From assembly GCA_965197905.1 (NCBI GenBank), contig CBDAOB010000004.1:1376001-1440000 (forward strand): DNA of 64,000 bases, given 5' to 3'. Origin of the DNA: Candidatus Latescibacterota bacterium (GTDB taxonomy: Bacteria; Latescibacterota; UBA2968; UBA8231). The position numbers and the translations under genes are program-made. Under the pieces are notes generated by a model. It did no database searches and was not told where the DNA came from. It saw only the letters and a program-made list of their open reading frames with translations. This document shows positions 38,813 through 49,684 of this stretch, in pieces (the first letter of the stretch is position 1; each line of letters opens with the position of its first letter).

Positions 38813-39656
38813 TTATGCCTTTGCTTCGACGGTTTCTACCAGGGACAGGAGAAAATGTTTCAGCTCGGGATCGCCGGCGGCCATGTAGAGACCGAACTTG
38901 CGACGCGCCCGATAATACGGCATCCTACCTCGCCGCAAAAAGCAGGCGGCACCGGCTTCTTCGGCGATCAGGGAGGGGGGGGCCAACATCGTGAACCTCT
39001 ACCTGGCGCGTGAGGTAGGCGCAGAGTTCTCCTTCAGACATGAGGGTGAGCACCAGAGCGGCGCCGATGGGATACTCCCGTGGATCGAGACGGGGTTTCG
39101 CCCCTCGTTGGTATTCCCGCGCCTTGGAGGATATGAACGCTCGCTGGGTGACAGCAGTTTGCGGTAGTGTTAACCGGTGGCGGCGGGAACCTTGTTGAAG
39201 ATAGGCGCCTTTGCCGCGGGTTGCCGTGAACAGCTTGTCTTCGGTGGGTCGTGCTACGATCGCCGCAATCATGACTCCTCGGTACGCGAGACCAAGCGAG
39301 ACGTGGTAGGGTCCGTCGCCCTTTTGGAAATGTAAGGTGCCGTCGATGGGATCGAGGATCAGCGCATAGTCGGAACCGCCTCCCTTGAACCTGCGTTTGA
39401 GGGGCGTATTCTCCTCGGCGATACATCTCACGTTGGGAAAATGCTGCAAGGCGACACCGAGAATGATGTCCTGCACCGCTCCGTCGATGGCGGTAAACGC
39501 TGCGGACGCGGTTTGGGCCATCGTGCCGATAAGCGAGGTGTCGGCTGACTTGCCCAGATTTGCCACGCGCCCGTAGAAGATCAGCGACGCTTCCGCGCAT
39601 TGACGGACAACCGGAAGCATGCTTTCCACGAATCGCTGCGGATCTATCGTGCTCAC
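38813..39656 (-). pseudogene. Inositol monophosphatase family protein with 3' homopolymer frameshifts (likely assembly error)
   Basis: AEE and LDPIDGT motifs; removing one C from a C8 run restores HDVGPPSLIAEEAG; a second shift at a G4 run leads to TAA at 38813. Confidence 0.75.
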
Positions 39657-39713
39657 TATCAGCTCGGATGTCGCTGGGTGTTGGAAGTCGTCCACCCGCG
39701 AACGCAGAACGCA

Positions 39714-39747
39714 AAAAGCCCGGTTGCCAATCTGCAACCGGGCTTTT
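39714..39747 (-). terminator. Rho-independent (bidirectional-type) terminator after molybdoenzyme gene
   Basis: AAAAGCCCGGTTGC-CAATCT-GCAACCGGGCTTTT. Confidence 0.8.
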
Positions 39748-39778
39748 CAAGGAACGTCACGCACCTGCTCCTTGGATA

Positions 39779-42093
39779 TTATCCAGCCGCCTCAGGCATG
39801 GTCTCGGCCCGTTCTCGTAGGGCCGCAACCAGCTTGTCCGGCGTGATGGGCAGGTCGGTCATGCGACAGCCGGTAGCGTCGAAGATAGCGTTGGCGATGG
39901 CGGCCATGGGCGGCACGATCGGCACTTCACCGACGCCGCGGATTCCGTGTGGACTGCCCGGATTGGCCACCTCGACGAGGATGGTTTCCACCAACGGCAG
40001 GTCGAGTGTAGTCGGCATCCTGTAGTCGAGGAAGGTGGGGTTGGCCATGCCGCCGTCGTCGTTGTAGAAGTAACCTTCGGTCAACGCCCATCCGATCCCC
40101 TGCACCGCTCCTCCTTGAATCTGCCCTTCCACGTAGCTCGGATGAATCGCCTTGCCGACGTCCTGAACGGCGGTATACCGCAGGATTTTCACCTTGCCGG
40201 TTTCCGGATCGACCTCCACATCCACGACGTGATCGGCGAAGGCGTTGCCCGGCCCGCTACCGATTACCGATCCACACCCTTCCAGCGGACCTCCGGTGCC
40301 TCTCTGTTCGGCGGCCACTTCCGCGAAAGTAAGCTGCTTTCCCCGGTCGCTCTTGCAGCGGAATCGGTTATCGGCGAACTCGACCTCCCCGTCGTCCACC
40401 TCCAGCTGGCGGGCAGCGCGGATACGCATCTTTTCTTTGATGTCTTCCGCGGCGAGAAAACAGGCTTGTCCGGTGGCGTAGGTAACCCGGCTTCCTCCCG
40501 TGCCGTCGTGATACGCAATAGAGTCGGTGTCGGCCACGATGGGGTTCACCTGGCTCGCGGACAGCCCCAAGGTCTCAGCGACGATCATCGCCATCGAAGC
40601 ACGGCTGCCGCCGATATCCACCGAACCCTCCAACAGATTTACGGTCCCGTCGGTGTTGACGCTGATGGTCGACGCCGATTGACCCCCACCGTTTGGCCAG
40701 AATCCGGAAGCAACGCCGCGCCCGGAAAAGGGTGCCCGAGGCCGATCGCTTTGATAGTGGTCGCTGGACACGGCGGCCTGCAAGGTTTCTTCAAATCCGA
40801 TCTTCCCGTAGGCGGTACCGTCGGTGCGCCGGGTACCTTCGCGGGCGGCGTTTTTGCGCCGCAGCTCTAGCGGGTCCATCTCCAGGTTTACCGCAATTTC
40901 ATCGATGACGCATTCGGCAGCGAAAGCGGCCTGGGGGGCTCCAGGGGCTCGGTATGCCGTTGCCTTGGGTTTGTTGGTCACCACATCGTACCCGTCGATG
41001 GCCACATGTTCGATGTTGTAGGGTGCCAGCATGCACCTGGCACCGGCGCCGACCGATGATCCGGGAAAAGCGCCGGCGTCGTACGCCATGTTCACCTGGG
41101 CGGCCACGATCGTGCCGTCCCGTTTGGCTCCCATCTTGATTCTGGAGGAAGTCCCCGGGGCCGGACCGCTGCCCTCGAACTCCTCGGTTCGGTTCATGGT
41201 CATCTTCACCGGATGCCCGGTCTTGTGCGACATCACCGCGGCTGCCGGCTCCATGTAGATCGGAAACTTGCCGCCGAAACCGCCGCCGATTTCACACGGA
41301 ATCACCTTGATCTTGGAGATTGGTAACTGGAGCACATGCGCCAGCTGCGCGCGTATCTGGAAGGGTCCCTGGGTGCTCACCCAGACCGTTATCGTGCCGT
41401 CTCGCTTCCAAAAAACCGTCGTATTGTGGGGCTCTATATACCCCTGGTGCACCATCGCTGTGTTGAACTCCCGCTCGACGGTCACGTCTGCTTCGGCGAA
41501 CCCCTTCTCCACATCCCCTACCACGAGCTGAATGTGGCTGGCGATGTTGCTCTTCTTCCCCGTGTCTTCTCCCAGGGATTTGGTTGTTCTCGCTTCGTCG
41601 AGAAGCGGGGCCCCGTCCGCCATCGCCGCGCGCAACGCAATCACCGGCTGTAGCGGTTCGTACTCCACCTCGATCAACTCCAACGCCTCTTCGGCGATAT
41701 GCACGTTGGTGGCCGCCACCGCCGCCACGGCTTGTCCCTTGTAGAGTACCTTGCCTGAGGCAAGAGAATTCTGCGCGAGTTCGCGAATATTCACCTGCGT
41801 TTCGCCGATGTCGGAGATCTTGTCGACGGTGGCCACCAGATCGTCGGCGGTGGCTACGGCGCGTACGCCGGGAAAGCGCAATGCCTTGGAGGTGTCTATA
41901 GAGATGATGCGGGCGTGGGCATGGGGGCTGCGAAGCACCTTGCCGTGGAGCAGATCGGCAAGCCGCACATCGCCGCCGTAGATCGCCGTGCCGGTTACCT
42001 TGTCGACGCCATCGTGACGTACCGGTCGAGTTCCGATAACGCTGTTTTCCCATCGCTGGTGAAGTCGGGATAGTCTCCGTACTTTGTCACCAT
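39779..42093 (-). CDS. Xanthine dehydrogenase/CO dehydrogenase family molybdopterin-binding subunit (5' frameshift near 42045)
   Basis: VIGTRPVRHDGVDKVTG, IGGGFGGK, AYRAPG, GQIQGGAVQGIG, RGVGE; AAGGAG RBS and ATG at 42093 out of frame by one base. Confidence 0.85.
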
Positions 42094-42219
42094 TCCGATT
42101 GAGCTCCTTTTCCCTTTCCTCTGAAAAAACCGCGGTTTAGAAGGATTCGAGCGTAATGAACCTAGTCTTTCCTGTCAATTCGCAGGCCGGTGTAGGATGC
42201 CTCCGCGGGCGGCGCGAGC

Positions 42220-42963
42220 ATGGCTTCCTTTGAACCCGACTACCTGTCCTCTGTGGACTCTTTTCGACTACCCCCAACCGAGGTGCACCTGTGGGGGTGT
42301 CGGTTGGCCGAAGCGTTTGATGCGTGCGACGGATTGGCGGCCTACCTCGACAACGGGGAGATGGCGAAGGCCAATCGGTACCGGCGGCCAGAGGACACCA
42401 CCCGTTACATCGCCGGACGCGGTCTGCTCAGGCTGATGCTTGGCAAGTACCTGGACCTGAACCCGAAACATCTGCGGTTCGAGTATGGTGCCCACGGGAA
42501 GCCGTATCTGGAGCATGGAAACGGACTGCAGTTCAACCTGTCCCACGCCGGGGATCTCGCGATGTTGGCCTTTTCCCAGGGTCGGCCCGTAGGAGTGGAT
42601 GTGGAGTCTCGTGAACGCGGGATTCGCGGCGAGGAGATTGCCTTTCGTTTCTTTTCACCGGCTGAGCAGGCACAGATGAGGGGATTTCCGGCAAAAGATC
42701 GTCCCGCCGCTTTCTTGCGTGGTTGGACGCGAAAAGAAGCTTTTATCAAGGCACGCGGGGAGAGCATTCTCAAAGAGCTCGGAAGATTCTCCGTCTCGTT
42801 GTCGCCCGGGGACCTTGCGCCAATTCGTGAGATCGAGTGCAATCACGGCGCACCGACCCGCTGGCGGATGCACACCGTCGAAACGGACAAATACTTGGCT
42901 GCCGTGTGCTGGGAGGGAACCGCAGATCTCAGCTGCCGACAGCTGTTTGACGGACCCCTCTGA
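42220..42963 (+). CDS. 4'-phosphopantetheinyl transferase (Sfp/HetI type)
   Basis: GKP, FNLSH, VGVDVE, WTRKEAFIKARG. Confidence 0.9.
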   Translation: MASFEPDYLSSVDSFRLPPTEVHLWGCRLAEAFDACDGLAAYLDNGEMAKANRYRRPEDTTRYIAGRGLLRLMLGKYLDLNPKHLRFEYGAHGKPYLEHGNGLQFNLSHAGDLAMLAFSQGRPVGVDVESRERGIRGEEIAFRFFSPAEQAQMRGFPAKDRPAAFLRGWTRKEAFIKARGESILKELGRFSVSLSPGDLAPIREIECNHGAPTRWRMHTVETDKYLAAVCWEGTADLSCRQLFDGPL

Positions 42964-42987
42964 CCTCCTCGCTGAGGCCATTTTTTC

Positions 42988-43016
42988 TTGACTTCCGCAT
43001 CCGGAACTCATATTGT
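42988..43016 (+). promoter_or_regulatory. Putative sigma70 promoter
   Basis: TTGACT-17-TATTGT. Confidence 0.45.
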
Positions 43017-43103
43017 ACCGAGTGGATAAGACTCTATTTTTAAAGAACCTTATTCACAGGTTCACCGGCTTCGAAGTGAGTGCCCCATCGGAGGAGGTGA
43101 GTC

Positions 43104-43624
43104 GTGCCCGAGAAGATGACAGAGTTATCAGCACAACAAGCCGGCATTGCCGCCAATGCGCTAGCACTCGCTGCAGGCAATTCCACTCAGCGTCGACAGG
43201 CTCAAGGTCAAATGGAGAGTCTGGTCAGCCGGATGGAGTCCGTCGCTCAGCGTATCTCTGCGCGAAATACGAGCGCCAGTCAACGATCCGTCCTGGTCTC
43301 GCGTTTCAACGATTTGACCCGGCGGGTCAACCTGATGGACGGGATTGTCGCCGGCGAGGGACAGGAAGGCGGGGTCGCCGGGCTTTGCGCCTGGGTAACG
43401 GACTAAGCCAGACGGCCGACGGCCCGGCCACAGGCACTGCCCGACCCACCAAAAGCGCTTCAAAAGCTGCGCTGTTCGCACGGGAACGCGGTCCAGGTGG
43501 TGGCCACGACATAGCGATCGCCGCCCAAACGGTGAAGGATGTGCGCGATGGCATACAACTCCAAGGGTTGGCGGTGATTGGCGCGCGCCGGAGTGCGGGC
43601 GCTGTGCTCGACATTCTCGCTTAG
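43104..43624 (+). CDS. Hypothetical helical protein, weakly flagellin-like, frameshifted at G4 run near 43371
   Basis: GGAGGAGGT RBS; N-half in one frame and C-half ending GAVLDILA in another; terminator follows. Confidence 0.45.
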
Positions 43625-43660
43625 GCCTGGCGGTAAACCCGACAGATACACTGCTTCGAG

Positions 43661-43685
43661 AGGACCCGGCTCCGGGTCCTTTTTT
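43661..43685 (+). terminator. Rho-independent terminator
   Basis: AGGACCCG-GCTC-CGGGTCCT followed by T tract. Confidence 0.75.
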
Positions 43686-43761
43686 AGTGTACGCGGTGGT
43701 GACTTGCCACCGGTGGCGCCGACATCGTCAGGTATTGGCTATTCAACTACTTGGAGGTCCA

Positions 43762-44700
43762 GTGAAACACCGAGTTCTTGCAGACGAACCCTTACCCGAC
43801 GACATCATGCAGCAACTGGATGCATCGTATACCGTTGACATATGGCTCCCGGAGCAAAGCGCCGATCTGCCAGCCTATGAGGCGTTGATAACCTATGGTC
43901 ACCCTCCTATTGACGGTGCGTTCATGGACCGGATGACCCAGCTGCGGCTGATCAGCAATTTTGGGGTGGGGGTGGACCATATAGACCTTGCTGCCGCCAA
44001 GGAGAGAAGTCTTCCCGTAGGGTTTACGCCGAATCTGATGAATGGCGCCGTCGCGGATATGACCTTCGCGTTGATGCTGGCAGCCGCGCGCAACCTTGTG
44101 GTCGGAGATCAGTACGCCCGCGGTCCGGAGTATCTCCACCTCGATCCAAGAATCCTGATCGGCCAGGAGGTTCACGGATCAACTCTGGATATCATCGGTT
44201 TGGGAAACATTGGATACGAGGTCGCACGCCGCGCCCACGGATTCGACATGACCGTCCTCTATCACAATCGCCATGCGCAAGCCGGCGTTGAAGCCGAATT
44301 GGGTGTGTCTTATGCGACATTGCCCGAGTTGTTGGCCCAAGCCGATTTCGTCGTCTTGACGGTGCCGCTGACGGAGGAGACGAGGCACCTGATATCGGCG
44401 GCGGAACTGGCGCAGATGAAAGCCTCCGCTATCTTGATCAACATTGCCCGCGGAGGGGTTGTGGATAAGGACGCCCTGCTAGATGCCCTGCAAAATGGAA
44501 CGATCGCCGCTGCCGCGCTAGACGTTACCGAGCCTGAACCGCTGCCTCGGGATCATCCCCTGCTGAAACTGGAAAACCTCGTGCTGACACCTCACTTGGG
44601 TAGTGCCGCGGGGGCCACGCGACGTGCCATGGGGAGAATGACCGTGGACAATCTCGAGGCCGGGTTAGCGGGTCGAGAGTTGCTGCAGCGGGCAATCTGA
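43762..44700 (+). CDS. D-2-hydroxyacid dehydrogenase (glyoxylate reductase-like)
   Basis: GVGVDHID, IIGLGNIG, INIARG, LDVTEPEP, TPHLGSA. Confidence 0.9.
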   Translation: MKHRVLADEPLPDDIMQQLDASYTVDIWLPEQSADLPAYEALITYGHPPIDGAFMDRMTQLRLISNFGVGVDHIDLAAAKERSLPVGFTPNLMNGAVADMTFALMLAAARNLVVGDQYARGPEYLHLDPRILIGQEVHGSTLDIIGLGNIGYEVARRAHGFDMTVLYHNRHAQAGVEAELGVSYATLPELLAQADFVVLTVPLTEETRHLISAAELAQMKASAILINIARGGVVDKDALLDALQNGTIAAAALDVTEPEPLPRDHPLLKLENLVLTPHLGSAAGATRRAMGRMTVDNLEAGLAGRELLQRAI

Positions 44701-44758
44701 ATCCTTTTGTTTGGCACCGCATCCCACCTATTGACATCACCACGGACCGGTTACCGAC

Positions 44759-45694
44759 ATGGTTGAATCAACCCACTACAAGGTCATAATCATTGGCTCG
44801 GGACCCGCCGGCCTTACAGCAGCACTCTATGCCGCACGCGCCGACCTGGCCCCATTGGTATTGGAAGGCACCCAACCTGGTGGCCAATTGACCATCACCA
44901 CCGATGTGGAGAACTACCCCGGCTTCCCGGAAGGGATCATGGGGCCGGAACTTATGGACAAGATGCGCGAGCAGGCTGTCCGATTCGGCGCCGAATCCCA
45001 GTTCCAAACGGCAAGCGCCGTGAATCTGAGCGAACGACCCTTCCGAGTTACCGCGGGAGGGAACCAGTTCACCGGCGATACGGTGATCGTTGCCACCGGA
45101 GCTTCGGCTCGTCTGCTGGGTTTGGAATCGGAAACGAGATTGATGGGACACGGCGTCTCTGCCTGCGCCACCTGCGATGGCTTCTTCTTCCGCGATAAGG
45201 AGATCGTGGTAGTGGGCGGCGGCGACTCCGCCATGGAAGAAGCCACCTTCCTCACCAAGTTTGCGTCCAAGGTGAGCGTCGTTCACCGGCGGGATGAATT
45301 TCGCGCCTCGAAGATCATGCTCAAACGGGCCCAGGAGAACGCGAAGATCGACCTGGTCACGAATGCAGTTGTGGAAGAGATCCTGCAACCGAACGGCGCG
45401 TTGACCGTGTCTGGAGTACGGCTTCGCAACACGACCACCGACGAAACCTGGGAGCATCCATGCGAGGGTGTCTTCATGGCTATCGGGCATACACCCAACA
45501 CGGAGCTGTTTCAGGAGATCTTGGATATGGATGACCAGGGCTATATCGTCACCAAAGCCGACAGTACGGCGACGAATATCGACGGCGTTTTTGCGTGCGG
45601 TGATGCGCAGGACCATGTCTACCGGCAAGCGGTGACGGCGGCGGGAACCGGCTGCATGGCCGCCATTGAAGCGGAACGCTACCTATCCCACTAG
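44759..45694 (+). CDS. trxB: Thioredoxin-disulfide reductase
   Basis: [38 protein letters not shown]. Confidence 0.97.
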   Translation: MVESTHYKVIIIGSGPAGLTAALYAARADLAPLVLEGTQPGGQLTITTDVENYPGFPEGIMGPELMDKMREQAVRFGAESQFQTASAVNLSERPFRVTAGGNQFTGDTVIVATGASARLLGLESETRLMGHGVSACATCDGFFFRDKEIVVVGGGDSAMEEATFLTKFASKVSVVHRRDEFRASKIMLKRAQENAKIDLVTNAVVEEILQPNGALTVSGVRLRNTTTDETWEHPCEGVFMAIGHTPNTELFQEILDMDDQGYIVTKADSTATNIDGVFACGDAQDHVYRQAVTAAGTGCMAAIEAERYLSH

Positions 45695-45733
45695 AACCTG
45701 GCGCCGACCGCGTCGCCAGGTTGGAGCAAACGG

Positions 45734-47173
45734 CTAGGCCCCTAGGTCTTTGTAGAGTTCCGCAAACGCTGCGACGATGATGTCGACGGTGTCCGCCGTG
45801 GGCGGCGCCGAGATGTGGTAGGATTTCACCGCAGAACTAACAGACATGCCTCCCTGTTTCACCGTCTGCGCCGATGGCCAATAGGCCAGCACCCCGTTGC
45901 AGTAGCCGGCGAACAGCGTGACCAGGGTGTCCGACAACGCCTTCACTCCCAGGCCGATCTCCACAAAAGGCTCGCCCGGCATTCCGGCGAAAACGAAATC
46001 GTCAATCCGATAGCCGACGATCTCGAAATTCAGGTGTTCGCTGGTAATGCCTGCCTCGACCTTGTCGAGGACGGTTTTGGTCCAGCTCTGGGTCATCAGG
46101 GCAGGATAGGTCTGTCTCGGGGGTGCCCCGGAGGTTTCGAGCTCCTTCAGTGCATTCTCCGCCGCGTCAAATTGCGCCCTAGCTTCTGTCGCCGTTGGAA
46201 GCGGTTGCAACGGCACCTCTATGTTTCGCTGCGCCACCCGAAAGAGATCGTGCCCCGGACCGTCCTGAAACTCCTTGTGATATAGGGCCAGAGCCGAGAG
46301 CGAAGCGCCGACCTCGCGCACCACTTCGTGAGGGCGGGTTTCGATCTCGAAGAAGGCCTTGGCGGCGGCGGCTCCCACCTGCCCGCCCATACGTTCCATT
46401 TCCGAACTATCGTGTTGGAGGAACGACAGGGCCGCCTGATTGCCGGCGGCCCCTGTGAAATAGAGACATGTTGCTCCCGTCGCGGCCTCCACGACACGAC
46501 GGGTCACGCCGGGAAAATCCTGACTGATCTGATACCAACGCTGACCCATCACCACCGGGTGGGCGGCGTATCCGGTTACCACCGCAACCGGATTTCCGTC
46601 CAGATCGTCCACTCGCAACACCTCCACGTTGTGATCGGTGGTACCATCCGGATTGCGCCCTACCAGCACGCGACCGTCGTCGTTCAGTTCCTCGCGATTG
46701 ATGGCCACAGCCGCACAGCTGCGGCCGCTGCCGACCCGCGCCGGCTGCGCACTGCGATCCGCATCGGCGGCAGCGGCGGCCAGTTGTCTCTTGAGATTCG
46801 CGATATAAAAATCCAGCGCGGCTCTTTCATTGGTGTCGCCTCCAACGTCGTGCACGCCTCCCAGATTCCCGCGCGAGGTGCATGGACCGTTGTGGGTGTG
46901 GGTGCATCCCACCGCCACCTGTGCAGGAGGTACCCCGACTGCGGCTCCGATTTCCTGGCGGATCTTTGCCACTAAATCCATGTCGAAGCCGATCAGATCG
47001 CAGTCTACCAGGACGACCTTCGTGCTTTCGTCGGCGAGAACGAGAATCGTCGCCAGCAGATTGGACTCGACACCCCGCGCACCTTCGATTCGGCTCATGA
47101 TGCCTTGCATGCGAAATCCTGCGGGTGGCGTTATGTCGATACGTGCGATTCCGGCTTTCAACATTGAACTCAT
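45734..47173 (-). CDS. Neutral/alkaline ceramidase-like metallohydrolase
   Basis: DITPP, THTHNGP, YAAHP, SQDFPG, GAAGN, PGEPF. Confidence 0.75.
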   Translation of the reverse strand: MSSMLKAGIARIDITPPAGFRMQGIMSRIEGARGVESNLLATILVLADESTKVVLVDCDLIGFDMDLVAKIRQEIGAAVGVPPAQVAVGCTHTHNGPCTSRGNLGGVHDVGGDTNERAALDFYIANLKRQLAAAAADADRSAQPARVGSGRSCAAVAINREELNDDGRVLVGRNPDGTTDHNVEVLRVDDLDGNPVAVVTGYAAHPVVMGQRWYQISQDFPGVTRRVVEAATGATCLYFTGAAGNQAALSFLQHDSSEMERMGGQVGAAAAKAFFEIETRPHEVVREVGASLSALALYHKEFQDGPGHDLFRVAQRNIEVPLQPLPTATEARAQFDAAENALKELETSGAPPRQTYPALMTQSWTKTVLDKVEAGITSEHLNFEIVGYRIDDFVFAGMPGEPFVEIGLGVKALSDTLVTLFAGYCNGVLAYWPSAQTVKQGGMSVSSAVKSYHISAPPTADTVDIIVAAFAELYKDLGA

Positions 47174-47397
47174 CTGCCATCTCCTTTCACCCGTTCCAGC
47201 CTCTCTTTTCTTCGCCCGTCGATCCCCGCCGAATGCGGTCTCAACCATAACCGTCCCGCCGCTGCACACAAGGGCACCAATGCTACCCGGCCGCAGCGAT
47301 CTGACCGCCGCCGGCCGATTTGCAAGCTTGTCAACCGGAATGGGAGTACTTAAGCTTTCTTCCCTTTTCAGATCCCGCTTTTCCAAACCTCATCCCC

Positions 47398-48516
47398 ATG
47401 CAAAAAAACGTTCGCCTACCGCAGGTCGAGCTGAACATGGAACGGGTCCAGGTCGCTCGCTGGCTTGTCGATGTCGGCGAGAGGGTAACGGTCGATCAGC
47501 CCATTCTGGAGGTGGAAACACAGAAGGCGACGGTAGAGGTACGCAGCATGGACGCCGGGTTCGTGCGTCTGAAATGCGTAAGCGATGCAAACGAGATTGG
47601 GGAAGGAGCATTCCTCTGCGTGCTTACCGACAACGCAGAGGAACCCTTCGAGGGTCCAGCCGCTGCGCACCCGCAGACCTCGGCAAAGGTGCCCACGGCA
47701 CCAAGAAACGCAGGCGCGATCGAGCTGGTCGCGAAGCCGACGAGAATCGTGCCCGCTGCGCCGGCGGCACGACGGCTGGCCAAGGAACTCGGCATCGACT
47801 TGACCGCCGTGGCTGGTAGCGGCCCCGGAGGGCGGGTGACGGAAGCGGATGTGCACGCCTTCGATCAGAGCTGCGACGACAGCACAACCGGCGCATGGAT
47901 ACCGATCGATCCGGTGCGACGAGCCCTGAACGATCAGATGGAGCGATCGTTGCGTGCGATTCCGCAGTTCCACCTGCGCCGCGAGATGGACGTGACTGCG
48001 CTGATGGCGGAACGGTCGAGCACTACCTTTACCCATCGACTCATTGAATGCACCGCTGCGGCGTTGAAACGACACCCAGCATTGCGCACTAGCATTGCCG
48101 ACAACAAACTCAAGGAACAGCCGATCGACGTCGCGGTTGCGATGCAGTCGCCGACCGGTTTGGTGGCGCCGGTGCTGCGCAACGCGGATCAACGCAGCCT
48201 GACGGAGATCGCCGCTGGGGTCAGAAGCCTGGCGCAGCGTACCGATGAGCTAACGCGCGAGGAACTCTCCAACGCTCCGTTTGCCATTTCCAATTTGGGC
48301 ATGTTCGGGGTCGATTCCTTCGACGCCTTCGTCTTCCACGGTCAAACGGCGGTTCTCGCCGTCGGCAAGACGCGACGTGAGGAGGACAACAACGCGGTCG
48401 CGTCCTTCAGCCTGGCGTTGGACCACCGTGTTGTGGACGGCGTGGAGGGCGCCAAGTTTCTGGCCACGCTGCAGGAAGAAATCAACGATTTTGAAGTTCC
48501 TCGAACATCAAAGTAA
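47398..48516 (+). CDS. 2-oxoacid dehydrogenase E2 (dihydrolipoamide acyltransferase)
   Basis: Lipoyl domain EVETQKA, E3-binding PAARRLA...GSGPGGRV, catalytic DHRVVDG. Confidence 0.9.
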   Translation: MQKNVRLPQVELNMERVQVARWLVDVGERVTVDQPILEVETQKATVEVRSMDAGFVRLKCVSDANEIGEGAFLCVLTDNAEEPFEGPAAAHPQTSAKVPTAPRNAGAIELVAKPTRIVPAAPAARRLAKELGIDLTAVAGSGPGGRVTEADVHAFDQSCDDSTTGAWIPIDPVRRALNDQMERSLRAIPQFHLRREMDVTALMAERSSTTFTHRLIECTAAALKRHPALRTSIADNKLKEQPIDVAVAMQSPTGLVAPVLRNADQRSLTEIAAGVRSLAQRTDELTREELSNAPFAISNLGMFGVDSFDAFVFHGQTAVLAVGKTRREEDNNAVASFSLALDHRVVDGVEGAKFLATLQEEINDFEVPRTSK

Positions 48517-49684
48517 ATCGATCCTCTCCCAGTTCGGGCTGGAGTTTACCCAACCGGTGGTCGTGGCAACGGCGGCGGCAGCTGCGGTAAGCCGGTTGAA
48601 CGCCAAGGCGGTGCTCAAAGCCCAGGTCCCCGTGGGGGGACGCGGCAAAGCCGGAGCGGTCAAGATCGTTGAATCGGTAACCACCGCCGAGACGGCCGCT
48701 GGCGAGCTCCTAGCCATGCAGTTGGGCACGCAACCCGTACGCGAGGTGTCGGTGGAACCGTTCGTCCCGATCGAGCGGGAGTTCTACGTCGGCGTCACCT
48801 GGGACCTGGCGGCGAAACGACCCATCGCCCTATTGAGCACGAGCGGCGGCATCCACGTCGAGCAGGAAGCGGCCGGTTCCTTTGCCACCAGACACCTGGA
48901 CCCATCAGCGGGACTGGCCCCCTATCAGGGACGTCAGATGGCGCACGAAATCGGCTTGTGCGGGCGGGTCTTAGCCCAAGTTGGCGCCACGATCTCGCGC
49001 CTGTCCCACGCGTTTGTGGCGTTGGATGCGGTAACGGCGGAGATCAATCCCCTGGTCATCGACCCCGATGATCACTTAATAGGTCTCGACGCGCGATTGG
49101 AGATCGACGACGACGCCGGATACCGGCAGACGAAAACGGTGGAACGGTTCGGTCACGCGGGCACCGGGGCCGGCGATCGACCCCCGACCCCGCTGGAGAC
49201 CGAAGCGGAACGGATCGACGCCATGGATCACCGCGGCGTCGCCGGCCGTTTGGTGGAATTCGACGGCAATCTGGGACTTTTGATCGGCGGTGGTGGAGCC
49301 AGCCTGACCGTATTCGATGCGGTTTTGCACCACGGCGGTCGTCCAGCCAACTATTGTGAGATCGGCGGCAATCCGACGGCGGAAAAGATCGCCGCCCTGA
49401 CCACCCTGTTGTTTTCCAAGAAGGGGATTAAGAAACTCGGGGTGATCATGAACGTGGTGAACAACACCCGGGCTGACGTCATAGCAGAGGGTGTCGTCGC
49501 CGGCATTCGCGCCGCCGGGTTGGAGCCCAAGGAAGCGATTGCGGTGTTTCGGGTGCCCGGGTCCTGGGAGCCGGAAGCCCAGAAGATCATGGCCGCGGCA
49601 GGGGTCGCGGCTCAAGGCCGAGAGGTTTCTCTCGATGGGGCAGCTCGACTCGCGGTCGAAGCGTCGGTTGCCGATGCTGCTTGA
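48491..49684 (+). CDS. Succinyl-CoA/citryl-CoA ligase-like beta subunit
   Basis: TTG start (MKFLEHQSK), KAQVPVGGRGKAG, EINPL, GGGGAS, PANYCEIGGNP. Confidence 0.85.
   Translation: MKFLEHQSKSILSQFGLEFTQPVVVATAAAAAVSRLNAKAVLKAQVPVGGRGKAGAVKIVESVTTAETAAGELLAMQLGTQPVREVSVEPFVPIEREFYVGVTWDLAAKRPIALLSTSGGIHVEQEAAGSFATRHLDPSAGLAPYQGRQMAHEIGLCGRVLAQVGATISRLSHAFVALDAVTAEINPLVIDPDDHLIGLDARLEIDDDAGYRQTKTVERFGHAGTGAGDRPPTPLETEAERIDAMDHRGVAGRLVEFDGNLGLLIGGGGASLTVFDAVLHHGGRPANYCEIGGNPTAEKIAALTTLLFSKKGIKKLGVIMNVVNNTRADVIAEGVVAGIRAAGLEPKEAIAVFRVPGSWEPEAQKIMAAAGVAAQGREVSLDGAARLAVEASVADAA

Noticed and set aside
38900..38985. Poly-C phase-variable tract in the inositol monophosphatase
   Set aside because: Two separate single-base homopolymer excesses within about 75 bp point to long-read error
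42220..42963. NRPS/PKS biosynthetic cluster
   Set aside because: The phosphopantetheinyl transferase stands alone; no carrier protein or synthase is nearby
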